Notes under the pieces: generated by a model | The model's input: the letters and a program-made list of their open reading frames with translations, nothing else | Databases searched by the model: none | Told to the model about the DNA's origin: nothing | Made by a program: the position numbers and the translations under genes | Assembly: GCA_041663665.1 (NCBI GenBank) | Contig: JBAYMG010000001.1 | Span: 1,482-65,481, forward strand | DNA: 64,000 nucleotides | Origin: Candidatus Omnitrophota bacterium | GTDB lineage: Bacteria; Omnitrophota; Gorgyraeia; Gygaellales; Profunditerraquicolaceae | Direction: 5' to 3' | Shown: positions 1-9,672 of the stretch, piece after piece | Position numbering within the stretch: the stretch's first letter is position 1 | Layout: every line of letters starts with the position of its first letter

Positions 1-253
1 TTTGGATATGTCAGGTTTTGAAGGAAGAGACCCGGTAGATGATTATAAGAATATAAATTTAGAATTAAAAAATTATAGCCAAGAAGTTTACCGGAAGAAG
101 CAAATTATCTGCGCAAATAAAATGGATTTACCGGGAGCTGAGAAGAATTTAAAGCGATTTAAGAAATTAGTCAAGAAACCGATTCTTGCAATCTCAGCTT
201 TAGCGAAAACGAATTTAGGAGAGCTAGTTGATGCAGTCGCGAAAAAATTATAA
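1..253 (+). CDS. obg: GTPase Obg/CgtA, C-terminal fragment (gene starts upstream of window)
   Basis: The translation carries the G4 NKxD motif (CANKMDL) and the G5-like SAL motif (ISALAKTNLGEL) typical of the Obg C-terminus. The ORF is open to the window edge. Confidence 0.75.
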   Translation, partial: LDMSGFEGRDPVDDYKNINLELKNYSQEVYRKKQIICANKMDLPGAEKNLKRFKKLVKKPILAISALAKTNLGELVDAVAKKL

Positions 254-998
254 ACGAATTGTAATTAAAATCGGTTCAAGTATATTTGCTAAGGGCAAAA
301 ATAATCTTGATACCGCTTTGATTAGTAACATTGCAAGCCAGATTTATGATTTATTAAAACAAAACAAAGAAATAATCCTAGTTTCTTCAGGCGCGATTGC
401 TCTAGGTATGTCAATTTTAAAACTTAATAACCGGCCTAAGGATTTAGAGCATCTGCAGGCAACTGCCGCTATCGGCCAGCATGAGTTAATGCATGTTTAT
501 AAAATTGCCTTAAAGAAATACAGTTTAAATTGCGCACAATTACTTTTGACCTGGGATGACTTTAGAGAGAAACGCTATCTTAATGCTAAGCAGACATTAA
601 ATACTTTACTCAAACTAAAGTGTGTTCCGATCATTAATGAAAATGATACCGTGGCTACCGAAGAAATAAAATTTGGCGATAACGATAAGCTTTCGGCACT
701 AGTTTCAATATTAGTTGATGCACAGCTTTTAATTATTCTTTCCGACGTTGACGGTTTATTGGACAAAAATAAGAAGGTTATCCGTTCGGTGGATAGAATT
801 ACTCCGGGAATAAAGTCCTTGGCTTGCCCGAGCAGCAAAAAAACCTGCGTCGGAGGCATGATTACAAAATTGGATGCGGCGCAGATTGCGACAAGTGCCG
901 GAATTCCCTGCGTAATTGCTAACGGTAGTAAAAAAGGGATCATCGCTAAGATTGCAACTAATCCCTGCAGTGAAGGGACTATATTTTTACCTAAATAA
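228..998 (+). CDS. proB: glutamate 5-kinase
   Basis: 256 aa. The amino-acid-kinase fold N-terminus (RIVIKIGSS) and a PUA-like C-terminus are present, and the gene lies immediately upstream of proA as in the conserved proBA operon. Confidence 0.85.
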   Translation: MMQSRKNYKRIVIKIGSSIFAKGKNNLDTALISNIASQIYDLLKQNKEIILVSSGAIALGMSILKLNNRPKDLEHLQATAAIGQHELMHVYKIALKKYSLNCAQLLLTWDDFREKRYLNAKQTLNTLLKLKCVPIINENDTVATEEIKFGDNDKLSALVSILVDAQLLIILSDVDGLLDKNKKVIRSVDRITPGIKSLACPSSKKTCVGGMITKLDAAQIATSAGIPCVIANGSKKGIIAKIATNPCSEGTIFLPK

Positions 999-999
999 A

Positions 1000-2262
1000 A
1001 TGGCCGCACTTCTATTTAAGAAACTTGAAAATATTGCTAAACTTGCCCAAAGTTCATCGCGCAAGTTAGCTTTGCTTTCCTCAGATGCCAAAAATATGGT
1101 GTTAGAGGATATGGCTTGCGCTTTATTGACTAATCAGGCTGCAATTCTTAAGGCCAATAAAAAAGACATTTCAGCGGCTAGCAAGGCCAAGAAGAATAGG
1201 GCTTTTATTGACAGGTTGTCTTTAGATGAAAAAAGAATTAAACAGATGGCATCTCAATTGCTTGAAGTTGCCAGGTTAAAAGACCCGGTTGGCCAGACTA
1301 TCAGTGCCTGGGATGTTCCCAGCGGTTTAAAGATTGAGAAGGTGCGCACGCCAATCGGGGTAATCGCTATTATTTATGAATCCCGTCCGAATGTTACCTC
1401 GGATTGTATCGGTTTGTGTTTTAAATCCGGCAACAGCGTGATTTTACGGGGCGGCAGCGAGTCGTTAAATTCGAATCTGGCAATTTTTAATATTTTAGAG
1501 AGCGTTGTACTTAAGGCCGGGCTGCCCAAAGGCACAATCAATTTAATTGATACTACCGAACGCCTGGCAATTGACCTATTGCTTAAGATGAATAATTACA
1601 TTGACCTGGTTATGCCTCGCGGCGGTGAAGAGCTAATTAAAAAGGTAATCAAAGTTTCGCGCATACCGGTAATTAAGCATTACAAGGGTATTTGCCATGT
1701 TTATGTTGATGAAGATGCGGATTTAAATATGGCTCAAAAAATTTGTTTTAATGCCAAGGTGCAGCGTCCGGGAGTATGTAACGCTATGGAAAGTATGCTG
1801 GTGCATCGCGATGTTGCTGCAAGATTCCTCCCCGGGATGCTTAAGGAATTTAAAGATGCGGGAGTTGAAATTCGCGGTTGTGCCGTAACTCGAAAAATTG
1901 CCAAGTGGGTGAAGCGGGCGACTGAAAAAGATTACCGTACTGAATATTTAGATTTAATTTTATCAGTTAAGGTCGTCGAGGATATCGATCAAGCGATTGC
2001 GCATATTAATGATTATGGTTCGCATCATTCCGACAGTATTGTTACTGATAACCAGGAACAAGCTATAAAATTTTTAAAACAGGTGGATTCAGCCTGTGTT
2101 TATGTTAATGCCTCGACCCGTTTTACTGACGGCAATCAATTTGGAATGGGTGCTGAAATCGGTATCTCAACTGATAAGTTGCATGCGCGCGGGCCGATGG
2201 GCTTAGCTGAATTGACTACTTATAAATACCTGGTTACCGGTGACGGCCAGGTTAGAGTATGA
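1000..2262 (+). CDS. proA: gamma-glutamyl phosphate reductase
   Basis: Aldehyde-dehydrogenase-family sequence with the conserved catalytic Cys region. I set the start at the in-frame ATG directly after the proB stop; the tracker ORF from 916 overlaps proB. Confidence 0.85.
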   Translation: MAALLFKKLENIAKLAQSSSRKLALLSSDAKNMVLEDMACALLTNQAAILKANKKDISAASKAKKNRAFIDRLSLDEKRIKQMASQLLEVARLKDPVGQTISAWDVPSGLKIEKVRTPIGVIAIIYESRPNVTSDCIGLCFKSGNSVILRGGSESLNSNLAIFNILESVVLKAGLPKGTINLIDTTERLAIDLLLKMNNYIDLVMPRGGEELIKKVIKVSRIPVIKHYKGICHVYVDEDADLNMAQKICFNAKVQRPGVCNAMESMLVHRDVAARFLPGMLKEFKDAGVEIRGCAVTRKIAKWVKRATEKDYRTEYLDLILSVKVVEDIDQAIAHINDYGSHHSDSIVTDNQEQAIKFLKQVDSACVYVNASTRFTDGNQFGMGAEIGISTDKLHARGPMGLAELTTYKYLVTGDGQVRV

Positions 2263-2825
2263 AAGTCGGGATCCTTGGCGGAACTTTTAACCCGGTACAC
2301 ATCGGCCATCTGATCTTAGCTGAAGAGGCAAGGGAGAAATTAAAATTAGATAAAATTATTTTTATTCCTACTGCGCTTCCTCCGCATAAGGACAATTTAA
2401 ACATCGCTGCCGCTTGCGATCGTTTATTGATGCTTAAGTTGGCAATTAAAAGTAATAAGTTCTTTTCAGTTTCGGATATTGAAATCAAGCGTTCGGGGCG
2501 TTCTTATACAATCGATACTTTAAATGAATTAAAGGCTAAATATGCGCAGGATGAGCTTTATTTTATTATTGGCTCAGATTTGCTTAAATATTTAAGCGAG
2601 TGGAAAGATTTAAATAAGATAATTCAAATGGTTAATTTTGTGGTGGCTACCCGCCCGGGGTATCCGCTGGAAAAAATACCTCCTTATATGCAGACTATCG
2701 CCATCCGGGCAGTTGATGTTTCAGGTTTTGAGGTGCGTACTTGTATTCAGGAAAATAAATCATTCGGTTATCTAGTTCCGGATAGGGTTTTTGATTATAT
2801 AAAAAAAAGAAAGTTGTATAAATGA
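2259..2825 (+). CDS. nadD: nicotinate-nucleotide adenylyltransferase
   Basis: N-terminal GGTFNPVHIGHL (HxGH nucleotidyltransferase motif) in a 188-aa protein, with an ATGA overlap onto proA. Confidence 0.8.
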   Translation: MKVGILGGTFNPVHIGHLILAEEAREKLKLDKIIFIPTALPPHKDNLNIAAACDRLLMLKLAIKSNKFFSVSDIEIKRSGRSYTIDTLNELKAKYAQDELYFIIGSDLLKYLSEWKDLNKIIQMVNFVVATRPGYPLEKIPPYMQTIAIRAVDVSGFEVRTCIQENKSFGYLVPDRVFDYIKKRKLYK

Positions 2826-3454
2826 TTAAGATAGCTCCGTCAATATTATCGGCAGATTTTAGCAAGCTTGGGAATGAACTTAAGAAAGCCGAGTCTGCCG
2901 GTGCAGATTTAATCCACGTTGATGTTATGGATGGGCATTTTGTTCCTAACATTACTATTGGCCCGGTGGTTGTAAAATATATGCGTAAGGCTACTAAGCT
3001 TGCTTTGGATGTGCATTTAATGATCGAGAATCCTGCTAAATACGTCGATGCTTTTGTTAAGGCCGGAAGCGATATGATCACAGTGCACATTGAGACAGTC
3101 AGCTTGAAAGAATTATCAACTATTGCTGATTTGTTAAAAGCCAGGGGGGTGAAGCTGGGGATCTCTTTAAATCCGGCAACACCTTTAGTTAAAATTAAGA
3201 AAGCTTTAGGGTTAGTTGATTTTGTTTTGATTATGTCAGTTAATCCCGGTTTTGCCGGCCAGGCATTCATACCCGGGGCAATAAATAAAATAAAGCAATT
3301 ACGTGCTGTTTTTAATAAAGATATTTCGGTTGACGGCGGGATTAATGAAATTACTGCAAAGTTAGCAATTGCCGCCGGAGCAAACATTTTAGTTGCCGGT
3401 TCATATATCTTCGGCGCAAAAAATATTAAAAAAGCAATTAACAGCTTAAGATGA
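2822..3454 (+). CDS. rpe: ribulose-phosphate 3-epimerase
   Basis: 210-aa TIM-barrel protein with MKIAPSILSADF, HVDVMDGHFVPN and MSVNPGFAGQ motifs. Confidence 0.85.
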   Translation: MIKIAPSILSADFSKLGNELKKAESAGADLIHVDVMDGHFVPNITIGPVVVKYMRKATKLALDVHLMIENPAKYVDAFVKAGSDMITVHIETVSLKELSTIADLLKARGVKLGISLNPATPLVKIKKALGLVDFVLIMSVNPGFAGQAFIPGAINKIKQLRAVFNKDISVDGGINEITAKLAIAAGANILVAGSYIFGAKNIKKAINSLR

Positions 3455-3512
3455 CACGCCGCGCTTAAAGGAATTGCGCGGGTATGCCTTTTTGGGCAAG
3501 GAGAAAATTAAA

Positions 3513-4901
3513 ATGAGTAATACAGCTTCACAGATTAAGTTTGGTACTGATGGATGGAGAGCAATTATCGCCGACACTTATACTTTGGAAAATGTTAAAA
3601 TTTTAACTCAGGCAGTAGCTGATTACCTGGGTGCCGGAAAAAAAGTCGCAATTGGTTTTGATACACGTTTTATGTCGGAAAAATTTGCGTTAGCCTGCGC
3701 CATAGTTTTTAAAAGTAATAATATCGATGTAATTCTTTCTGACCGTCCCACGCCGACACCGGCGTTGAGCTTTGCGGTTAAATCGCTAAAGTTGGATTTA
3801 GGGATCATGATTACTGCTTCGCATAACCCGGCAGAATATAATGGTTTTAAAATTAAGAACTCAAGCGGAGGCGGGGCAAGCCAGGAGATAACCAAGGCAG
3901 TTGAGTTACTGATTAGCAAAACCCCGGTTAAAGAAAATGTTTTGGCCGGTTCAATTGCGAAAGTTGATATTATCAAAGATTACATAAAGTTTATCCGTAA
4001 TTATATTGATTTGAAGAGAATTAGAAATAAGAAGTTTAAAGTTTTGGTCGATTCGATGTATGGCTCAGGCGATAGTTTTATCGCTCAGGTACTTAAAGGC
4101 ACAAATATAAAATTAGAGTTTATGCGCAATACGATTAATCCATCTTTTGATGGCGGCAGGCCTGAACCGGTTGAAGAAAATTTAAGCGAACTTAAAGCCC
4201 GGGTTAAGAAAGAGAAATTCGATTTAGGTATTGCTCTTGATGGTGATGCCGACAGGATTGCTGCGGTTGCTCCCGGGGGAGTATTTATCCATCCGCAAAA
4301 AATCTTGGGCCTTTTAGCGCTGCATTTAAATCAAGACCGTCATTGGTCCGGCGGTTTAGTTAAAACTATTTGCGGATCTACGATGATGGATAATATCGCG
4401 CAATTTTTAGGAATTAAGCTTTATGAGACGCCGGTTGGTTTTAAATATATTTCTAACCTCATGGAAACTGAAAATATTGTTGCCGGGGGGGAAGAGGCAG
4501 GCGGTATGGGGGTAAAAGGGTACATTCCTGAGCGCGACGGGACTATGGCTGGCTTGCTTTTAATTGAAATGATGGTCTACCGTAACAAAAATATGTTAAA
4601 AATTTTAAATGAAACTGAAAAAAAGTTTGGTAAATTCTATTATGTGCGCCAGGATTTTCATTTGGATAAACGGGTTGAGCCAAAAAAAGAAAATCTGCCG
4701 AACATATTATTAGGCAAGCAGGTTGTGGATATCAAGGATTACGATGGGATAAAGCTTATCTGCGAAGACCAGAGCTGGTTAATGTTCCGCGGGTCAGGCA
4801 CTGAGCCGATTATGCGTTCCTATGCCGAGGCTAAAAGCCTTGCTCAAGCCCAAAAGCTATTAGCTTTAGGTAAGGAAATAATCTTAAAAGCAGGGGTATA
4901 A
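3513..4901 (+). CDS. phosphoglucomutase/phosphomannomutase (alpha-D-phosphohexomutase family)
   Basis: Contains GTDGWRA and the active-site phosphoserine loop TASHNP. I chose the ATG at 3513 because it follows an AGGAGA ribosome-binding site. Confidence 0.75.
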   Translation: MSNTASQIKFGTDGWRAIIADTYTLENVKILTQAVADYLGAGKKVAIGFDTRFMSEKFALACAIVFKSNNIDVILSDRPTPTPALSFAVKSLKLDLGIMITASHNPAEYNGFKIKNSSGGGASQEITKAVELLISKTPVKENVLAGSIAKVDIIKDYIKFIRNYIDLKRIRNKKFKVLVDSMYGSGDSFIAQVLKGTNIKLEFMRNTINPSFDGGRPEPVEENLSELKARVKKEKFDLGIALDGDADRIAAVAPGGVFIHPQKILGLLALHLNQDRHWSGGLVKTICGSTMMDNIAQFLGIKLYETPVGFKYISNLMETENIVAGGEEAGGMGVKGYIPERDGTMAGLLLIEMMVYRNKNMLKILNETEKKFGKFYYVRQDFHLDKRVEPKKENLPNILLGKQVVDIKDYDGIKLICEDQSWLMFRGSGTEPIMRSYAEAKSLAQAQKLLALGKEIILKAGV

Positions 4902-5097
4902 AATTAATAAGTTTTATGCTTTTGAACAAATTCGCGAGGAAAGGGGGAGCCGAATCATGGAATTTTGCTCATGATTTTGGCTGGTTCAAATTATTTTAAA
5001 AATAATGAAATAAAACCGGATTGCTTCAAGCACTTTTAAGCGCTTAGGCAATGATGAAAGTTAAAAAAATAAAAATAAAGAAAGGAAGTAATTTAAA

Positions 5098-6642
5098 ATG
5101 TCAGATGCTACTAGAGCAGAATTAGAACAGTTGTATAACCAAAGTATTAAAGTTTTAAAAGAGGGGCAGGTAGTTAGCGGTAAAATTGTTGGAATTAAAA
5201 CTAAAGAGGTCTTAGTAGATGTTGGTTTTAAGTCCGAAGGTATTGTCGCAATTACCGAATTTAGTACCGGCGATTTAGAAATCGGTAAAGAGATGGAATT
5301 TCTACTTGAGACCATGGAGAATGATGCCGGGGTCATGACTTTGTCACGTGAAAAAGCCATGCGTATGCAGGGCTGGGATAAAATTGTTAAATTATCCAAT
5401 GACGGCACCTTGGTTGAAGGACGCCCGGTTAAGAAAGTTAAAGGCGGATTCTTGGTCGACATTATGGGAATTGAAGGATTCCTTCCGAGTTCACTTTCTT
5501 CTTTCCGTAATATTGCTGATAAGGATATTTTATACAAAGTATTTAAATTCAAAATTGTTAAAGTTAACAACCTTCGTCGTTCGATAATTGTCAGCCGTCG
5601 TGAGGCAGTGCAGGCAGATCGAGATGTAGCTAAAGGCAAAATCTGGGGAGAACTAAAGATTGGAAATATTTATCCCGGATTGGTTAAAGCGATTACTGAT
5701 TTTGGCGCATTTATTGATTTAGGCGGAGTCGACGGGCTATTGCATATTACGGATATGTCTTGGTCAAAGATCAGCCATCCTTCCGAGATAGTAGCCATTG
5801 GAGATAAAATCGAGGTTATGATTTTAAATCTTGATCAGGCTTCGGGAAAAGTTTCCTTAGGATTAAAGCAAAGATTATCTGATCCTTGGAAAGATATCGA
5901 AGGCAAATTCACGATTGGCGCAAAAGTAAAAGGTAAGGTAGTAAATATTCTCCCTTACGGAGTTTTTGTAGAATTAGAAAAAGGCATCGAGGGCTTAATC
6001 CATGTTTCAGAGATTTCCTGGACTAAGCGTGTAAATAACCCGGGCGAAATGTTTGCCGTCGGAGATACTGTTGAGACGCAAATCTTAAGCGTGGAAAAAG
6101 ATTCGCGCAGGATTTCGCTTAGCTTAAAACAGTTAGAAGCTAATCCCTGGTTGGAAGCAGAAGCAAAATATCCGGTTAGTTCAACGATCTCCGGTAAAGT
6201 GCGCGGATTTACTGAATATGGTGCATTTGTCGAGCTGGATTCAAACTTAGAAGGTATGATCCATGTTTCTGATATTTCCTGGACCAAGAGAATCGGGCAT
6301 CCTCAGGATGTTTTGAAAAAAGGACAGAAGATAGATGTTTCAGTGCTTTCAGTTGATTCAAGTAACCGCAGGATTGCTTTAGGACTAAAGCAATTACAGG
6401 AGAATCCGTGGGTGAAAATAGCTGAAAATTATCCTCTGGACACTCAGCTAGAAGTTGAAGTCTCAAGCTTAACTGAGTTTGGCGTATTTGCTAAAATTGA
6501 CGCTGATCTGGAAGGTTTAATTTACTCCAGCGAAATTGAAAAAGAAACAGTTGCCAATTTAAAGCCCGGAGATAAAATTAAAGTTAAAGTAATTAAAGTT
6601 GATGTTGAACAAGCTAAGATTGGATTAACTGCCAGATTATAA
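5098..6642 (+). CDS. rpsA: 30S ribosomal protein S1
   Basis: 514 aa built from repeated S1 domains, each with recurring G-x-V and GLxHxS(E/D)ISW motifs. Confidence 0.85.
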   Translation: MSDATRAELEQLYNQSIKVLKEGQVVSGKIVGIKTKEVLVDVGFKSEGIVAITEFSTGDLEIGKEMEFLLETMENDAGVMTLSREKAMRMQGWDKIVKLSNDGTLVEGRPVKKVKGGFLVDIMGIEGFLPSSLSSFRNIADKDILYKVFKFKIVKVNNLRRSIIVSRREAVQADRDVAKGKIWGELKIGNIYPGLVKAITDFGAFIDLGGVDGLLHITDMSWSKISHPSEIVAIGDKIEVMILNLDQASGKVSLGLKQRLSDPWKDIEGKFTIGAKVKGKVVNILPYGVFVELEKGIEGLIHVSEISWTKRVNNPGEMFAVGDTVETQILSVEKDSRRISLSLKQLEANPWLEAEAKYPVSSTISGKVRGFTEYGAFVELDSNLEGMIHVSDISWTKRIGHPQDVLKKGQKIDVSVLSVDSSNRRIALGLKQLQENPWVKIAENYPLDTQLEVEVSSLTEFGVFAKIDADLEGLIYSSEIEKETVANLKPGDKIKVKVIKVDVEQAKIGLTARL

Positions 6643-6647
6643 AAATC

Positions 6648-6695
6648 GGGGACGCTCCTATTTAATTTCAACCGTAAATAAATAGGAGCGTCCCG
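6648..6695. repeat. Perfect palindromic element, copy 1: GGGACGCTCCTATTT(A)-16-nt loop-AAATAGGAGCGTCCC. Sits just after the rpsA stop and may act as a terminator-like hairpin.
   Basis: A 15/15 inverted-repeat stem at 6649-6663 pairs with 6680-6694. The same arms recur at 11409-11450 and as half-sites at 13485-13559. Confidence 0.7.
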
Positions 6696-6715
6696 GATTT
6701 ACTACTTAGGCTATT

Positions 6716-7885
6716 ATGAATATTGATGAGCAATTAGGCATTATCAAGCGCGGAGTTGTTGAGATAATCTCTGAAGAAGAGCTTCGTAAGAAGCTCGAAA
6801 AGAGCATTGCCTCCGGGCGCCCCTTAAAAATAAAAGCCGGTTTTGACCCGACTGCTCCGGATCTGCATTTAGGCCATACTGTACTTTTGCGTAAACTGCG
6901 ACAATTCCAGGATCTGGGCCATGAAGTTTATTTCTTGATTGGTGATTTTACCGCTCAGATTGGCGATCCTACCGGACGCTCTGAAATTCGCAAGCAGCTG
7001 ACCAAGCAGGAAGTAGCCAAAAACGCCCAGACCTATAAAAAACAAGTGGCTAAAATTCTGGACGTCCGCAAACTAAAAATAGTTTTTAACAGTAATTGGT
7101 TTGAGAAAATGTCCGGAGTCCAGATGCTGGGCCTTACAACGCATGCTTCAGTTTCTCAGATGCTTACCCGGGATGATTTTAAAAAACGTTACACAGGGGG
7201 AGAAAATATTTCTATTTTAGAGTTTGTTTATCCGTTGATGCAGGGATATGATTCAGTGAAATTAGAAGCAGATGTCGAAATTGGAGGTACTGACCAGATC
7301 TTTAATTTATTAGTCGGCAGGCAATTCCAAAAAGACTATAATCAAGCTCAGCAGGTAGTTTTGACTATGCCATTATTAGAAGGTACTGATGGTATCCAGA
7401 AGATGAGCAAGTCTTATGGTAATTATATAGGAATTAGCGAATCAGCAAAAGAAATGTTTGGTAAAGTTATGTCGATTTCTGATGAGTTAATGCTTAAATA
7501 TTATGAGTTGCTTACTGATGAGGATTTAGGAAAAGTTAAAGCAATGCATCCTAAAGAGGCAAAAGTAAATTTAGCTAAAATTATTATTACGCAATATCAT
7601 TCAGCTTTAGATGCGCAAAAAGAAGCTGATGAATTTACGCGGGTTTTTACTCAAAAAGAAGTTCCTCAGGATATGCCTAAGTTTAAAACCGACGGCAAAA
7701 AAAATATTCTACTTATCTTAACTGAGAGCAAGTTAGTGGCAAGCGGCAATGAAGCTCGTCGGTTGATTAGACAAGGCGCAGTGAGTTTTAATGATCGAAA
7801 AATAGAAAAAGATGATTTTGTCCCCAATGAGCCTGGCATCCTTAAGGCCGGTTCACGCAGGTTCCTGAAAATTGCACTCTCGTAG
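6716..7885 (+). CDS. tyrS: tyrosyl-tRNA synthetase
   Basis: HIGH motif (DLHLGHTV), KMSKS motif (KMSKSYGN) and a C-terminal S4-like domain. Confidence 0.9.
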   Translation: MNIDEQLGIIKRGVVEIISEEELRKKLEKSIASGRPLKIKAGFDPTAPDLHLGHTVLLRKLRQFQDLGHEVYFLIGDFTAQIGDPTGRSEIRKQLTKQEVAKNAQTYKKQVAKILDVRKLKIVFNSNWFEKMSGVQMLGLTTHASVSQMLTRDDFKKRYTGGENISILEFVYPLMQGYDSVKLEADVEIGGTDQIFNLLVGRQFQKDYNQAQQVVLTMPLLEGTDGIQKMSKSYGNYIGISESAKEMFGKVMSISDELMLKYYELLTDEDLGKVKAMHPKEAKVNLAKIIITQYHSALDAQKEADEFTRVFTQKEVPQDMPKFKTDGKKNILLILTESKLVASGNEARRLIRQGAVSFNDRKIEKDDFVPNEPGILKAGSRRFLKIALS

Positions 7886-8004
7886 ACAGTTTACGTAACC
7901 CCATATTTCCCATCCATATCTGTAAGAAATGTTTCCCATCTAAAATAAATACGGTTAGATTTTTCTCTCCTTTACGTCAATTATAGTAGGAGGAGGGGAA
8001 GGCT

Positions 8005-8691
8005 ATGCCATCATATGCGCGTAAGCATCAACTGCAACAGTCGTTATTGTATCATGCCTTTAGCCGAAGCAATGGACGCAGGGTGATTTTTCAAGAACCA
8101 GGGGATTTTGATCATTTTAAGAAATTAATCGGAGAGTATAATGATAAATTTAATTCAAAAATATATCATTGGGCAATTATGCCGAATCACTACCATCTTG
8201 TAATTGAGCTTGAATGCCCGGAATTAATTTCGAAATTTATGGCAGGATTGCATAGGGCGTATAGCCATTATTACCATAATCAATATAACGCGGTGGGTTT
8301 TTTATGGCAAGGCAGGTTCAAATTGCAGCCGATACAAAAAGAATTATATTTGAAGAGTTGTGGAAGATATGTCGAGAGAAATCCGGTGCGTGCGGGAATA
8401 GCTGCGGAAGCTTTTGAATATGCATATAGCAGCGCGCGATTTTATTGTTTAGGTCAAGAGGATGGCATAACGCGAGTCAGTCCTGATTTTGATGATTTTG
8501 GGAAAGAGGCTACTGGGCGGCAGGTGGCTTATAAGAAATTTCTTAGAGATTTTAACAGTAAAGAAGATGCTTTTTTCTCGAATATAGAGGCTCCTTGTGG
8601 TGATCCGGATTTTATACGGAAGTTGGTGAAAATAGGAAAACATTATTTCCCCAGGAGGAAAGGCCGGAAAGCCAGAATATTTGTTTTGTAA
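8005..8691 (+). CDS. IS200-like Y1 (HUH) transposase, possibly RAYT-like given the 228-aa length
   Basis: HUH motif (MPNHYHLVIE) and conserved downstream Tyr region. A strong ribosome-binding site (GGAGGAGGGGAAGG) precedes the ATG. Confidence 0.7.
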   Translation: MPSYARKHQLQQSLLYHAFSRSNGRRVIFQEPGDFDHFKKLIGEYNDKFNSKIYHWAIMPNHYHLVIELECPELISKFMAGLHRAYSHYYHNQYNAVGFLWQGRFKLQPIQKELYLKSCGRYVERNPVRAGIAAEAFEYAYSSARFYCLGQEDGITRVSPDFDDFGKEATGRQVAYKKFLRDFNSKEDAFFSNIEAPCGDPDFIRKLVKIGKHYFPRRKGRKARIFVL

Positions 8692-8733
8692 CTACCTATC
8701 ATTAATAGGATTGCGTAAACTGTCTATACTATA
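8672..8733 (+). repeat. ~60-bp IS-end-like repeat, copy A (right end of the transposase element)
   Basis: GCCAGAATATTTGTTTTGTAACTACC...ATTGCGTAAACTGTCTATACT. Its 5' box encodes the last transposase residues (ARIFVL*). Confidence 0.6.
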
Positions 8734-8771
8734 TATACATATAAAGATATGTATGATAGTATTGACATTAT

Positions 8772-9083
8772 ATGAGGGATATGTTATATTCTAATCGGAA
8801 CGACAAAATTCATGGAAGCTTTATCTGGGATATTAAGCGTGAGCTAGCAAATATATATAAGCATGGAGTAGGTTTTGCTATTGCTACAGAAGCGTTTAAA
8901 GATCCCAGGAGAAAGATTTATATTGATTCAAAACACAGCTTAGATGAAGAGCGGCTATTTTGTATTGGTAAAGTGGCAAAAAAGATTGTGACTGTAAGAT
9001 TCACTTATAGGGATGGTAAAATAAAGATTTTTGGAGCTGGATATTGGAGGAAAGGAAAGGCCTATTATGAAAAAGAAGATTAG
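8772..9083 (+). CDS. brnT: BrnT-like ribonuclease toxin (DUF497)
   Basis: 103 aa carrying the DUF497 signature FIWDxxKxxxNxxKHGVGFxxAxEAFKD. Its partner gene overlaps the 3' end. Confidence 0.65.
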   Translation: MRDMLYSNRNDKIHGSFIWDIKRELANIYKHGVGFAIATEAFKDPRRKIYIDSKHSLDEERLFCIGKVAKKIVTVRFTYRDGKIKIFGAGYWRKGKAYYEKED

Positions 9084-9306
9084 AGATTCAGAGATGCCTA
9101 TTGGTGGGCTCGCGAGGATTAAAGATTTTCTTCCTTCTCCGGAGGAATTGGTAAATACCGAGAAGACAGTTAAAGTTACTATATCACTTAAAAAAAAGAG
9201 CGTTGATTTTTTTAAACACAAGGCAGGGCAATATCATACAAAATATCAAAAAATGATACGCGAGCTTTTGGACAAATATGCAATGCAATATTCTCAGATT
9301 TCTTGA
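9067..9306 (+). CDS. brnA: BrnA-like antitoxin
   Basis: 79 aa with the KDFLPSPEEL...TVKVTISL...DFFKHKAG...GYQT-like pattern of BrnA-family antitoxins. The gene overlaps the brnT stop. Confidence 0.6.
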   Translation: MKKKIRDSEMPIGGLARIKDFLPSPEELVNTEKTVKVTISLKKKSVDFFKHKAGQYHTKYQKMIRELLDKYAMQYSQIS

Positions 9307-9330
9307 GCTATATAAGTAGTCTGTAAAAAA

Positions 9331-9392
9331 GCCACAATATTTGTTTTGTAACTATCTAAGCTCCATAAAATTACGTATACTGTCTACAGTAT
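9331..9392 (+). repeat. ~60-bp IS-end-like repeat, solo copy B, upstream of the SemiSWEET gene and followed by an extended -10 (TGTGATATAAT at 9393-9403)
   Basis: GCCACAATATTTGTTTTGTAACTATC...ATTACGTATACTGTCTACAG. The first 25 nt match copy A at 23/25. Confidence 0.6.
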
Positions 9393-9411
9393 TGTGATAT
9401 AATATTTTATT

Positions 9412-9669
9412 ATGCTTTGGACATTAATTGGCGCAATCGCTGCAACCCTTACCTCACTTTCCTTTATTCCGCAAATAGCCAGGTCTATAAGAACTAAATC
9501 GGTACAGGATGTCAGTTTGATTACTTTATGCCAATTTCTTTTAGGCGTTTTGCTTTGGATGATTTACGGTATTTCCAAGCGTGATCCGATAATAATCAGC
9601 GCCAATTTTGTAAGCGTTATAACCTTAGTCGTGCTTATTTCTTTATATTTTAAATATAAAAAGAGGTAA
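9412..9669 (+). CDS. SemiSWEET-type small sugar transporter (PQ-loop, 3 TM)
   Basis: 85 aa with three hydrophobic helices and a PQ motif in TM1 (SFIPQIARSIRTKS). No Shine-Dalgarno sequence is visible before the ATG. Confidence 0.55.
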   Translation: MLWTLIGAIAATLTSLSFIPQIARSIRTKSVQDVSLITLCQFLLGVLLWMIYGISKRDPIIISANFVSVITLVVLISLYFKYKKR

Positions 9670-9672
9670 AAA

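Larger units (their letters stand above)
7883..8733 (+). mobile_element. IS200/IS605-like (or REP-associated tyrosine transposase) element: Y1 transposase gene bounded by inverted copies of a ~60-bp end sequence
   Basis: The left copy (7883-7945) is the reverse complement of the right copy (8672-8733). Both share the core GGTTACGTAAACTGTCTAC and an ATTTCTT..GTAA box. The right copy overlaps the transposase stop. Confidence 0.55.

Noticed and set aside
2695-3387. 230-aa minus-strand ORF
   Set aside because: It is antisense to rpe and the nadD 3' end, and the translation shows no motifs. Spurious.
5061-5639. 192-aa minus-strand ORF
   Set aside because: It is entirely antisense to rpsA, has a low-complexity Ser/Leu/Thr-rich translation and no ribosome-binding site. 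It is an artefact of the AT-rich coding strand.
6648-6695. Calling the rpsA-downstream palindrome a rho-independent terminator
   Set aside because: The 15-bp stem is perfect but is followed by GGATTTACTAC rather than a U-tract, and the same palindrome occurs inside a coding region. I therefore annotated it as a repeat element with possible terminator-like function.
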